From Chrysemys picta bellii (Eukaryota), in contig NC_088800.1 in the NCBI RefSeq assembly GCF_011386835.1, forward strand, positions 39,866,001-39,930,000: a stretch of 64,000 nucleotides of DNA, in the 5' to 3' direction. Position 1 is the stretch's first letter. Each line of letters starts with the position of its first letter. Positions 11,974 to 25,900 of this stretch are shown here, piece after piece. A program made the position numbers and the translations under genes. The notes under the pieces were generated by a model. The model was not told the DNA's origin, made no database searches, and saw only the letters and a list, made by a program, of their open reading frames with translations.

Positions 11974-12781
11974 ATTTGACACAACATTCCCCTTTCCCTC
12001 ATTCCCATGCTGAGGAACCCCATGCGCCCCTCTGATGCTACCTGCTGGGGTCTTACTTCCCGTACTGGAGACTTCTAGACATCACAGAGACTTCTAGAGA
12101 CTCACCACCCAGCTGAGCATGACCCTCCTGCCAGATACTACCTGTCCCCATGTGACTTCCTCCTTGGAGACACCCACATGTCCTTCTCAATGGGACACCC
12201 CGTCCATCCCCTATTCCATGGGTGCCAGTACCTCCATGATCACAGGCCCAAAATGGCATCTGGCCAGCAGAAGTGTTTTGGGTCCTGGATGCCTCTAATG
12301 TTTCCCCTGCTGAGACACGCAGCCCTGCTGTCGTAGGACAGATCACAGGCTGATGGACATTACCCCTGATGTCATGACCCAGCTATCTCCAAAGGTCACT
12401 GTCCTTCCTGGTCCCCAAGATGCCCTGCCTGCCTGCCTGACCCACTCCTCAGTACCTGCCACCCTCGGACTATGACCACTCAGCAGATTCCTTACATTGT
12501 GATGCCTTGCGGGAGATGGGTCAGAACCCAACCCCAGTCTCCCAGGCTGGCAGGGGCTGTGTGCACCATTGGGCTAGAAGCCGAATGAAGCAAAGCCATT
12601 GGCACAGAGACAAAGCTGCCCTGTTTCCTGGCCTGTGCTGGATGTCAGCAAAACATGAGGAAACAAATGAGGTTGGGAAAGATTCCGTTCCGTTCTCATT
12701 CACAGTGCTGGAAGCAGAGCTCTGCAGCCATTCTAACCTGGCCTCCTCCTCTGCCTGATCCTGTCCTCCACTGCATCCCTG

Positions 12782-14087
12782 TGTAAGGGGACTGTTGCCC
12801 CCTTATTAACACTCAGTGGGGGTGTTTTGGTTGGCTAGCTCCCAGCACAAAAAGGGGAAGGGTGGGTGGCAAATCAGGAGCCTAAGACTGACAGTCCCCA
12901 GGAACAATGGGGAGAGGCCAATGCTCCAGATCAGCCTGATTGACAGGGCAGGCAGGCTAATCAGAGAGTCAGGAGGCCAGGGGGGTCCCGTCCTCCGTGT
13001 GAGCTGGAATGGCCTGAGTCAGACAGAGTGGGGCCAAGCTAAGGAGAGAGCAGGGGCCCGAGCTAAGTTGCTGGAAGCAGAGCTGCAGCCCCAAAGCCAG
13101 AGCACAGCCCAGAAGGAGCAGACCTGCCCTGGGAGCAGAGCTGCAGCAACCAGAGCCAGAGGGGCCAGACAAGCAGCCAGAAGGCAGGTCAGAGCTGGGA
13201 GCAGAGTCACAGAAGCAGCCTGCAGAGCAGACCTGTCCTGGGGGCAGAGCTGTAGCAACCAGAGCCAGAGGGGCCGGAGAAGCAGCCCAGGGAGCTGGAG
13301 GCAGAGCAGCAGCTGTGCTGAGGCAGAGTGGAGCTGGGGCTGGGGCTGGAGCAGTCCGGAGCTGGGTGCGGTGAGCAGCTGGGGAGAGTGAGGGGGACCC
13401 TGGGCAGTGGGCCCAGCACAGGGAGACGCCTCAGCCAAGAGGCCCTGCAGGCCAGACTTGGAGGGAGATCGTAACCCTGTCAGAGCGGGGGCAACGCTGG
13501 GAAGAAGGGTCCTGCCACCTAGAGCCTGAGAGCGTGTGGCCACCGCCGGAGCTAGTGTCCAACCCGCAGCGTCTCTGCAGCACAGCCAGGGCCTGAGAAG
13601 GAGCCTGGGACCTACAAGGAACAGACTGTGGACTGCCCTGACCTTCCAGAGACACTGTGATGTTCTCTGCCACAGAGCGGGATGACATTTTCTCCTTTAA
13701 CTTTTCCCATTTTTCCTTATTCTTTTTTTAAATTAATTGTTAATTAAACAACTTGTATTTGCTTTAAATTGTATGAAATGATCAGTGGGTCAGGGAGGTG
13801 CCCAGTGCAAAGAGAGTACGCCGGAGTGGGGACACCCTAGCCCCTGTCCTGGGTGACCACAGCAGGGTTGGGGGTCAAGACCCCCAGGAATCCTGGGCCC
13901 AGCCTTGTCGGGGTTTATGAGGACTCTGCCAGACATGAGAGTGGAAGGGGAGTCCTCAAGGGCAGGGAGGCCTCTGGGTAAAGGAAGTCGGAGCGAGGAC
14001 TCGGATTCTTTCGCTAGCCCACTTCACCGGGGTAGTGCAGAAGCCAGGAAAGTTCCCCACAATGGCGGGACCATTCCCCTGCTTACA
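12782..14087 (+). mobile_element. Solo LTR (LTR retrotransposon/ERV), 1306 bp
   Basis: Starts TGTAAG and ends CTTACA, with 4-bp TSD CCTG at 12778-12781 and 14088-14091. A second copy of the family lies at ~56486-58558. Confidence 0.85.
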
Positions 14088-17000
14088 CCTGTCCCATGGC
14101 AGGTACCTTCACTAGCCTCTCCCTTGCTCCATGGCAGGTACCATCCTCACACTGCAGCTGGAGCTTGCATCAGCTCCAGCCTATGACAGGAACACCCCCC
14201 CCCCCAGCACCTACTCTCTGCAGATAGCCATCCACAATCCCTGCTCCATGAGAGGTGAGTGCCTCTTAAATTCAGGCCCCCAGGAGTTTCCTCCCCCAAA
14301 TACCCTCATCTAGCACCAGCATTATAAGGAAGACAAAGGGCTCTGCCTTCCCCATTTCTCACTCTCAGTGGGTCTGTACCTCTTCATGACACGCACGGCT
14401 GTTTTTAAAACAAAAACTACCCTCCTTATAAGTTTGGTCCACATCCTCAGTGGTATTTACACTTCTAACTTCCATTGATTTCAGTGGGAGTTAGGATCCT
14501 AAATACCTTTGTGGACCTGGGTCTTTGCTGCCAGCTGGCCCAAGGGATGTTATTAACATGGTCAGTTTCACACTGTAGCCAGATCCCTGGTTTCCCACTA
14601 GTGATGGGAGGCTAGGAGCAGATTTATGCCTTATGCAGTGTTAATAAGGGCTTATCTATACTATCATTCTCACCTCCTTGGGGGCTCAGTTACCACCTGG
14701 CCATCAGCCACCAGAGGTAAAACATGGTTCAATCTTATAATGTAGGTGAGATTAACCCACCTTCCCTAGATGGCAACATGATTTGAAAAGATGGTTGAAA
14801 CACAGCGTGGGCCCGTCTATGCTTCAAGGCTGATCAAGCTCCCCAAGCGACTGTATGGATGGTTCCTAAAGGTATCCTTCTGGACTGCAGCACCGCAAGC
14901 TCTTGTGTTTGTAGTCTGACATTTGGACCTGATCCTGCAAGGGATCCCAAAACACCCCCACAAAGGCCCCTTGACTCGTGGATGTAGGGTGCAAGGCTCC
15001 AAGCTAGTGGATTCAATTCTGGGATCAGGGCCTGGGTTGGCAGGTAAGCTATGACTTTGTACAGCTTGGCAAGCACGTTGGCCTCATGCGGTTTCTATCT
15101 GAACATTTTATTAGCAGAAGGGTAGGAAGATGACTTACTGGCTACCATCTTTTATAAACCTGCAGCAAAGCAAGTCTCTGTAATTCCTCAAAAGATGCTG
15201 CATTCAGGGCCTGATCCAAAGCCTGCTGTAGTCAATACAGAAACCCACATGGACTGCAATAGGCTCAGGTGCCAAGTCCCCACCTCACCACTTGATTTAT
15301 AGTTTAATGCTCCCAATCATTTTCTTGGAACAATTGTAAGCAGCCTCTTGGTTACCTGTCAAGTATATGGCATTTAAGAGTGTTCTCCCCATAGCAAGTG
15401 CCTAGAAACTATTCCTGTGCTATACTTGGGAACAGAGTAGGATCCATCAGCAAAAGGAGCAAACCCCTCCTCTCCTCCCCCCCAAAAAGAGAGCTGTTCA
15501 CCTTGAGAGACTGAAAGGAGTATTTCCTCTTTCATGAGGATAGAAAAAGCTAGAGAGGCTGCAGTCCTCACTCCTTGTAGCAGAATGCAAGGCATGTTAG
15601 TGTGGAGCAGGAGTTTAGCAATGGGGCAGGACTGGCTAAAGACCAGGTTATGGGGAATCAGGAGGGAGGTATGGGGGTAGTCATATTAGGAGGGGAAGTA
15701 ACAGGAGCACAAGCCACACGATGGCAGTAGCTATGGGCGTAAGGACAGGTGAGAGAAAATAAGCACACTGCCAGATGTCTGAATTCAGATAGCATTAACA
15801 GTGTTGCCTCAGAGCCTGCACCTCCTATATTTTGTGCCTTTATTGCCTCTGTAGGGGCTGGGCCCCATTGTCTTGCACACTCACAATGTCAAAGCCCCAC
15901 ACTTCTCAGTTCATATTATTCCCAAATTATTTTGTCATAAGCCCCCAGGGTTCCTCATTATACAAGATACCAGCTGTGTGCAGAGGGTACATGGGCTGCA
16001 ACCTGGATTTTGGCTGGATAGAGATCAGCACACTACTCACCCATGTCTTTTATACTGTACACCACAATGGTGGGTAAATATATAATCTGCCCTAGATCAC
16101 AGGTAAGCCCTTTGTTGCCACAGCAAAGTAACTTTACCATATTGGTATCTGAAAGTGATAGGGACATAGAAATATTTCTAAGTTTTGTACATCTTGGACT
16201 TTAGTATAAAGTCTGATAAACCAGGAACCACCAGTCCAGCACTCTCAGGTGTTCAGTACTGTGTGCGATTCTTCCCAGGCTACTTGGCCTTTGCTTATGC
16301 TAGCTAGACATTCTGGATGGAAATGCATGTAGGCAATGAAATATGTGGATGAGGTAAATAGCTGCTGGCAGCCTCAAGGAATGTGATTCAAACCAGGGCA
16401 CATACAGAAAAAGCAAAAATCAAGGATATACAACAGCATATAAAATGACTATTTTATGAGATCAAAACACGTGGTAGTTTTACCCTTTGGAGTGATTTTG
16501 TTTGGAAAGGAAGAGAGGTAGGCAAGTTTTACCACCAACCATTAGGACCAGATCAAGAAGGTATCCTATTTAAAGGATACCACCACTTCATCTTGAGTTC
16601 ATCCTGAAGTCAGTTTAGCTTCACACTTGTGTTTTCAAAGTGAACTGAAACAGAAGCCTGCCAAAAATCTGAATTAAGGGCCACTTCTGCAAAAAGGCTG
16701 TCCAGCTGAATACAAAAAACTGTTCCTCCTACAAGACTAGGGTGGAGTGTGTTTATTCTTTTGGAGACAGTATTGAAGGCAGGACAGGGCAGTTCTGTTT
16801 AAGATAGTTATAGTGTTTGGTTTGGTCTGACTGATCTTAGAAGTGTATGACAGTTTTTACTAGAGTTGAACCTATGCTTTGAGTACTCATGGTCCAAAGG
16901 CAGTCCAAAAGATATTTTTAAACATCAGGAATGATATGTCCTGTCTTCCAGGCAGGACATGTTGAATACCTGAGTGGATGTTATTGTGGGTTCTTGTATC

Positions 17001-17697
17001 TTAGTTGAAGCAGCAGGATGGACCTTTAAGCCAAAAAGTAAATTTCCAAAAAACTAAAAAAAAAAAAAAAAAATTCTTACAGTATTAAAAGCAGTTTAAG
17101 CAGCCTAAAAACCCACCCCAATTTCACACATTAGGTGAATTTCCACTATTTCTCCAGTCAATTCTCAGGGGCAGAAATTCTGTCTTCTTCTACAGCAGAA
17201 AATCCACTTAACATTCAGGCCTTCATACATCATACAGTGTATCCCTCCCCACCCCCTGGTCCATTTCTCTTGCCCATCTTTAACAGATGTTTTACACACC
17301 ATTTTCCCCTCACTGAACAAAGTTAGTGGTACCCAGCAACAGGTAACCATGCTTTTCTAATAGAGTAGAGGGCTCTTCATGACCCAGCTGTAAATGCAGA
17401 TCAAAATTTCTTACCTAGTGAACACCAAGCTAATCTCTGTACACCAAAATAGAAGCAAGACATGTTAGGCAGGTTTTAGAAGTCCCCATGGCATTTTCTG
17501 GGCACTCATCACCATGCTAGGGGTGATGAGATTAATTTGGTAGGCTGCAGCATAGTCTTGCAATTTAATTATGTAAACTACTAAGGAACAGGCATTTCTA
17601 TTAATACACTTGAAAGAATAATCAGCTTTTCCATGCTGATCAATCCAGTTACCCTGAAGCAATTGTACAACACATTTTAAATTTTAAGCCACAGAAG

Positions 17698-17703
17698 TTT
17701 ATT
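17698..17703 (-). terminator. Poly(A) signal of actin copy B
   Basis: TTTATT on the + strand, homologous to 8177-8182. Confidence 0.7.
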
Positions 17704-18205
17704 AGTTTGTCTTACACAAGGAGCTGTCAGTGACAATACAATTATCACCTTTAGGGTTAGTTACAAATCTACTTCTGAGATGCCATTACATCAAAGTTAC
17801 ATTGTAAAGTCAACCACCCTTAGTCTAGTCTCCAGCCCCAGGGAATTTATAGCTAAGGGGGGGGGGGGGGGGGAGTTAAGAGTCACTAGTCAGCCACAGG
17901 AAAACTAAAGCCTAACAGGTAGCGCTCTCTCTCTCGAATAATACAGTTAACTGTAACCTTGGTCACATGTGCAACCTGTAACAGAGCTTATGATGCACAG
18001 GGTATAGTTACTACACAGTACATCAAAGGAATAGTCAAGTTAAACATAAGGGGAGGTGAGTAAATCAAATATTGGTCCAACATGAAAAGCTTTTCAAGGG
18101 CAAAGTTTACAAGTAACTACTCAATTTGGTAAATACATTTGCCCTGACAATTATACTGTGTGTAACCCCATCAGCAGAGGCTGAGCACACCTGCTGGGAC
18201 CCTCT

Positions 18206-19342
<1,137 letters not shown>

Positions 19343-19661
19343 TTAATCTGAGAGGGAGGGAGGAGCACAGAGCCCGTTAGGTGCATGGAAGTTTTCAAGG
19401 AAATGCTATTGGCTACCTTCCCCATGCGCCCTACGGGAGGGGGACGCTGTTGTTGTCTGGATCGGGATGTGGGTGCGGCAGGGCTCAGCCTAGGAAGCTC
19501 CCCCCCCATAGGCTAGGCCCGCCCCGCCCGCGGACTCAGCGGCTCCGACTGGAGACCAGAGCGAGCGAGACCCCAGCCCAGAGCGGCCATCACACCTCTT
19601 CCCGCCAGCCCCGCCCTGTCCTCGGGGCACAGAGACCCTCCCCTCCCCCACCATCCGGTAC

Positions 19662-19710
19662 CTAAAGCAGCTCAGTCACGTCCGGAAACTGCTGCAGCCT
19701 CTGTCTCCTT
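19662..19710 (-). other. Non-coding exon 1 of actin copy B (start approximate)
   Basis: Donor context agctgcttTAG|gtaccggatggtgggg aligns with copy A agctgctgCAG|gtaccggggtggtgggg. Confidence 0.65.
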
Positions 19711-20000
19711 CCGCACCCACCACGCGCGCCGCTTTATCCCCACCGGAAATGGAAACCCGCCTCCGGCCCCGCACGCCCATTGGTTGCCGCGATGATAATC
19801 CGCCCCTTACCACATTCCCATCTACCTATCAGAACGTCGCTGGCCGAACCAGTCTTGTTCCCAGCAGGCCTTGAGGCAGGGAGGCCGAACAGCATGCTGG
19901 GAGCTGTAGGCGCTCGGGGAGCTAAGCCCGGTCTGGTCTCGCCTCGTAAACCACAATTCCCAGCATGCGGCATGTGAAGCCGCCGGCACTTCCTGTTTCC
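19710..20000. promoter_or_regulatory. CpG-island bidirectional promoter, actin copy B / UBL7
   Basis: Minus-strand GATAAA (19733-19738), ETS ttccgg and CCAAT, all homologous to the copy A promoter. Two ZNF143/Staf-like sites (19892-19910 minus; aaaccacaattcccagcatgc at 19948-19968). ETS motif cacttcctgtttccgg at ~19988. Confidence 0.75.
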
Positions 20001-20015
20001 GGTGATGGTGCTCAG
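19985..20015 (+). other. UBL7: Probable non-coding exon 1 of UBL7 (start approximate)
   Basis: Strong donor CAG|gtgagt at 20015/20016. Exon 2 starts at acceptor cacag|C at 22669, 61 nt before the ATG. Confidence 0.65.
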
Positions 20016-20327
20016 GTGAGTGTAAACAACATCAGATGGGGGTTGTGGAGCTGTTCGCCGTGGCCCCTGCGGGGGCTGGCCTAGCCTCGACTCCCGCCTC
20101 GGGGCAGGGTTGGATCGGTATCGATCCATCCCCACCGGGGCTGTGGCCTACCCTAGGGCCCCCTCTCCAGTGGGCTGGGCACTAGGGTTCGGCCTGGTGT
20201 GGCTCCGTCTCCCGCTAGGATTGTGGGCTGGGTTTGGGGTCTGATAGCGACCCCGGCACTCGGATCTGGACATCAGGGCAAGGCTTAACATAGACCCCAC
20301 CCCTAACCCGGGCTGGGGGCCTACAAC

Positions 20328-22440
20328 CAGGGCCGGATTAACTTTTTGTGGGCCCGGTGCCAAACCTATTTGTGGGCCCCCATGGGGCAAGGTGCAGGGG
20401 GGCAGGATGGTCAGTCTCCAGAGTGAAGGGCGGGCTGGGGGCAATGAGGCATAGCGCTCAGCAGGAGGGCACTGTTTACAAACCTGCAGCTGCCAGACGC
20501 AAACTGGACTGCCCAGCCCTGTGCTACCAGCATGCCCGTTCCCCTTGAGGGCAGGCCTGCACCACAGCACCCCTCTACCCAGTGCCCCACCCTTATGCCC
20601 AGCGCCCCCTCACCCAGAGACCACCACCACAGACCTCTATGCCCAGCCCCCACCCCTCCCAGAGACCTGCCCCACGGGCCTTCCACCACAACTACACAAC
20701 ACCCTGAACACCACACCGCTCGCCCAGCGCCCCCAGCCCATGGACCTCCGCACGTCCCACCACCCTCCTCACATTCCCACCATCACAGCTGCACAGCACC
20801 CGATAGTCCTGAGGGGATTCTGCACCAAAAACATTAAAAATTCTGTGAACAATATTTTAAAATTCTGCAAGTTTTTATTTGTCAATAAATAAATGGGGAG
20901 GCTGCAACATGGCAGTGGGGAGCACTGGCCACTGGTTGCATGGAGGTGGGAGATTACCTTGCAGCCTCCCCCAACCCCACCCCGGGACAAGGACTCGGCA
21001 GCGAGGCTGCACCCGACCCTGATACAGTGCAAGGGCCCGGCCTGCCCCAGAAATACCCTGGGACCCTGCCCCCCTGTGCCAGGCGCATCAGGTGTGGGTG
21101 AGCAGGCTCAGCCCGGCAGCAGGATCCAAGTGCAGGGGGACTTAGTGTGGGGGGATCCAGGTGGGGGTAAGAGAGTTCTCTGTGGGGCAGTCTGGGTGCG
21201 GGTGGCTCAGTGGGAGATCTGGATGCACAGAAGCTCATTGGGGAGTTCCAGGTGCAGGGGAAATGGGACTCTGCTGGGGATCCAGGTGAAGGTGTTTGGG
21301 GCTCAGCGGGGGGGGGGTCTAGGTGCAGGGGAGGTGGGGTTCGTTTGGGTGGGGGTCTAGGTGCAGGTGGTTGGGGCTCAGTGGGGAGGGTGTCTTGGGG
21401 GCTCAACGGGGTGGTACAGATGCAGGGGAGGTGGGGCTTGTCAGGGTGTGGGGGCTCCAGCTTCCCCCCTGTCCCTGCTTCCCTCATCCCCTTCTCTTCC
21501 CCATCCCATGCCCCTTCCCATCCCATCCCACCCCCTTCATCCCCACAGCCTGTTCCCCCCATCCCCCGCTTCCCCCCATCCCCTTCTCTCCCCATCCCAT
21601 GCGCCTTCCCCACTGCCCCATCTCCCCCTGCCCCTGCTCTCCCCCATCCCATAACCCTTCCCCACCGCTCCATCTCCTCACTGCCCCTTTCCTCCTGTCC
21701 CCGCTTCCCCCATCCCCCTCTCTTCTCCCCATCCCATGCCCCTTCCCCACCACTCCATCTCCTCCCTACCCCACCCCCTTCATCCCCACTGCCTCTTTCT
21801 CCCAGTCCACACTTACCCCCACCCCTGCTTCTCCTGCCCCCTTCTCTTCCTCATCCCATGCCCCTTCCCCCATCCCCTCCTTCTTCTCCCCATCCCACCC
21901 CCTTTCTTCCTCCCTGCCCCCGCTTCCCCCATCCCCTCCTTCTCAACCCACCCCCTTCCATCCCCCACTGCCTGTTTCCCCCAGCCCCCCCTTCTCTTCC
22001 CCATCCCATGCCCATTCCCCACTGCTCCATCTCCTCCCCGGGCTGGACCCCCAGCACTCACCGGCAGAGTGGAGCAGGTTGGGGCCAGGTCACTCCACTT
22101 CCTGCCGCCCGGTGATTGTAGGGTGGGCCCGACCCCTACACAAGTCTCCTGGGATGTGTAGCTCAGGGGAGGGGGCTTGTGGGGGAAGGGGTGGAGTGGG
22201 AGCAGGGCTGGGGCAGAGCAGGGGTGGGAATAGGTGGGGAGCGGGGGCCATGGGAAAGAGGCGGAGCAGGGGTAGGGGTTTTGGGGAAGAGGCGGGGTGG
22301 GGTCAGCTTTCCTGGCCAGCTCAGCCAGCCGGGGCATTGGGCTGGCCAGGGCCCCTTCTGATTGTGGGGCTGGCCAGGGCCCCTTCTGATTGTGGGCCCG
22401 GCCCCATGGCACCACTGGTCCCAATGTAAACCCGGTACTG
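20328..22440. mobile_element. Non-autonomous hAT-type DNA transposon (2.1 kb) in UBL7 intron 1, with internal C-rich low-complexity tract
   Basis: Ends cagggccggatt ... aaacccggtactg, with 8-bp TSD cctacaac / cctagaac (7/8). Confidence 0.65.
21440..22050. repeat. Polypyrimidine/polypurine low-complexity tandem tract (ccccatcccatgccccttccc-like units)
   Basis: Direct inspection. It produces the spurious Pro-rich and Gly-rich ORFs in the track. Confidence 0.85.
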
Positions 22441-22729
22441 CCTAGAACCTGTCCACTCGCCGAGCTGGGCTCTGTGGTAAGGCCTGGTAGGGGAGCCCCT
22501 CCCTGCTCTATCAGGGTTTGGGACCAGGACATAGTCCCCCCCACCCCCTCAGTGTTGGGGACTAGGGCAGGGACTTAATGTAGATATCCCCACCCAGAGC
22601 TGGGGACAGGGTATAGCCTAGTGTAGATCCATTCCGTCTCATGTTGGTTTGTTTCGTTCCATTCACAGCCTCTCCTGGAGTTCAGAACTGGGTTTCTGAG
22701 GCTCAGTTCCTCTCGGTGACACAGTTACA

Positions 22730-22913
22730 ATGTCTTTGTCAGAGTGGCATATTGCAGTGAAGCTGGCAGATCAGCCGTTGGCCCCCAAATCCATCCTGCG
22801 GCTACCAGAGACTGAGCTGGGAGAGTGTCCTTTGGGTGGGTGCAGCATCTCCTACCTGAAGCAGCTTATCACTGGAAAGCTGCAGGAGTCAGTCCCAGAC
22901 CCAGAACTCATTG
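22730..22913 (+). CDS. UBL7: UBL7 coding exon (exon 2)
   Basis: MSLSEWH...PDPELI; donor G|gtgagt. Confidence 0.95.
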
Positions 22914-25900
22914 GTGAGTTGCTGCTTTTACTGCAAGGTTGGGCCTAGTCAGGCCTGGGATCATGCCAGATTTCAACTGAGTAATTACATACAGCAGTTT
23001 CAGTTCGGTATAGTTTCTTTGCTTCCAGTGTTGCTGTGTATAATGTTAGTTATTATGGAGACATTAGCCATCCCTATTTTCCAGATTTGCTTTTAACAAG
23101 TCCTTCTAACAAGGCAGGCTAGTAGACACCTATCTCTGCTATGACATATACTTTGTGTCTGACAGCAGTAGAACTCTGTGGGGTTGGGGTAATTCTTTTA
23201 AACCGTGTAGTTCTGTGAGAGGATGCACAGCCAGGCTTGTATCCTAAGCTTCAAGGTCCCCTTGAATTTAAATGTGCAAGTGTTTATGCGGCTGAATATT
23301 TAGGAGTTGCCACTTCAATTGGTACATCATGTGGCAGGCTGATAGCATGCCTGGAAATGTACTTATCCCATAAAGGCCAAGCAATAGGGCTTCCTACAGG
23401 AACACCCTGTGTTACAGAGCTGTGCTTTCTCTCTTTCAGATCTGATCTACTGTGGCCGCAAGCTGAAGGATGACCAAACACTTGATTTTTATGGCATTCA
23501 GTCAGGCTCAACTGTTCATGTCCTGCGGAAGTCGTGGCCCGAGCCGGATCAGAAACCAGGTGAGAGAGAGGATGCCTGGGATGACCCTCTGGAACTCTTA
23601 AACGTGTGTATGTGTGGTGCTTATCTCTTGTGGTTGAGATGGGGACACATACGCCTGCTTGCCTGTCATTTTCAGGGACAGAGGTATACTGGAAGGTGGT
23701 GAATTCCTTGGGATTGATCTGGTGTTTTCTCTGAAACCTCCAATCTCAAAGGAAGGGGAGCTCTCTGTCTGTTTCACGCTGACATGGGAACTGTGGAAAG
23801 AGCCCCATGATACATGGAGAAAAAACCTCCTAGCTGAGTTCCAGTCAATTACACTGGTTCTGTTGAGGACCAAAATCAGATTCCCCACTCATTTTGATCC
23901 ATCTTTATTCTGCCTTTGAAGTGTTCTGTGGTCAGCATCAGAGCAGGTAAATTAAAGCAGTGGCACTGGGATTGCAGAGTTGGGAGTGCTAGAGCAAAGG
24001 TCTTTAGATTCTTCCCCCGCACATACACTGTTCCATCAGACTGGGTTTGGCTTTCTTGGCTATGAGGAAACGGATGACGTAAAGGGCAGGCAGAATGAAA
24101 CTGACCAATAAAAGCTCTTGATTCTTCTTCCCATCCCTTTCTGAATGTCTCTGCCAGAGCCTGTGGATAAAGTGGCTGCAGTGCGAGAGTTCCGGGTCCT
24201 GCACACCGCCCTGCATAGCAGTCCTGCATACAGAGACGCAGTGAGTGTGGCTTATTCTTCACCCCTAAGTGTGCGTCATCCACCATGTGTGACTGAACAA
24301 AGGAGAGGGATGGAGAGCCCCAACAGCAGTTGAATTGGGCTACCCCAGTTTTAGACTGGCTTCATTATGTGGCATTGGTGATCTGTTTTGATTTCTTTGG
24401 TAGGTCTTCAAGATGCTGGGGAACAAGGAATCACTGGATCAGATCATTGTAGCTACCCCTGGTCTCAGCAGCGACCCTGTTGCTCTGGGTGAGTTCAGAT
24501 GTGGCCAGACAGTGTAAAGGACATAGTAAATAGACATGGTCCATGGAACCTATTAATTCCTCACGTTGGGGGAGGGAGCGTCAGGCTCCAGGAAGAGCAG
24601 GAAAAGGCAGTGTCTGCAGAGACTCTCCACCTTTGAGACAGAGAGGTCTGAATCTGTCCAGGAGTCAGATTTTACTATTGTGCTATCTGTTGTTGGACTG
24701 GCCCATAAGGAAGCCGGAGGGAGGGAGGTGCATAATGAATGCATCTACTTTGCACCTGCCCCTTCCAAGTGCCACAAAGGATTAATTAAATCTAATCCAG
24801 GCTTGCCTGGCCCAGTGAGCTAACAGCATCTCTGCATGGCCATGTGCAGATTCCAGTAGGATTTTGGGTTATTGCTTCTTATGGCTCTGAGCCCACAAGA
24901 ACAGATAGCTCTGAAGAGCGGAAGTATTGTATGATGCTCAGCAGCAACCATTGTTGACTCAAAACATGGTCCTTGTGCTTGGGAGCTGATGGTCACGATG
25001 CAGAGCCTTGTAGGGAAGAGGTGGAAGCCTTACAAGAGAATAATAGTGGAGAGATACCATCTGGAGTACACATTGCTCCACTGCCCCAGGAGTAAAGCTG
25101 TTCCAGGAACTGAGTGACTTTTGCTTGTGTTTTGGGTCACATTTGACAGATGCTCCTTTTGTTTCCTGTCCCTGATTCAATACATTTCCTGGTCTCTTAC
25201 AGGTGTCTTGCAGGACAAAGATCTTTTCTCAGTCTTCGCTGACCCAAACATGCTGGACACGTAAGTTTTGAATGGCCATCCTGTGTCCAAGCCATCACGT
25301 AGCTACGCAATGCCTGTTTGTACAATTGCACAGTCTATTTTTCTTTAAGTGGGAGGAGAGGGTTACTCCAGTTCTCAACTTCCGGTGTGGAGATGCCATT
25401 CCATTGGCATAGGCAGGGTCGAAGGCTTTCCCATCCCTTCTTCCTGCTTCCAACCCCTCTCTCTTAGTAATAGTAGTCTGAGAAAAGACTGAGCTGGGGT
25501 GTTTGTCACTGAGCTTCCCATGCTGCACTTTAGGGGGTGGGATGGTTCAAGAGATTTGTACTTCAGTGCAGGATCTTTTACCTCTGCTTTCTGAGTTCAA
25601 ATCCAGGCTTGGTTGGTTGTGGCTGAAAATTGCTACAATCTGATTGTTGCTCAGAGCCCTGTGCGAGCTGAGGTGGGGAATCTCGTTTTTGGTCCCAGTG
25701 GGCAGCCTGCATCCGAAATAGGGTTGCCAACTTTCTAATCGCACAAAACCAAACACCCTTCCCCCGCCCCTTCCTCGAGACCATGCCCCTTCCTTGCCCT
25801 TTCTCCAAGGCCCTGCTCCTGCTCACTCCATCCCCCCTCTCTCCATCACTCGCTTTCCCCCGCCCTCACTCACTTTCTCTAGGCTGGGGCAGCGGGTTGG

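Noticed and set aside
20954-22544. Long Pro/Gly-rich ORFs (239-368 aa)
   Set aside because: They arise from low-complexity C/G repeats in a transposon within UBL7 intron 1, are open in several frames, and show no domain.
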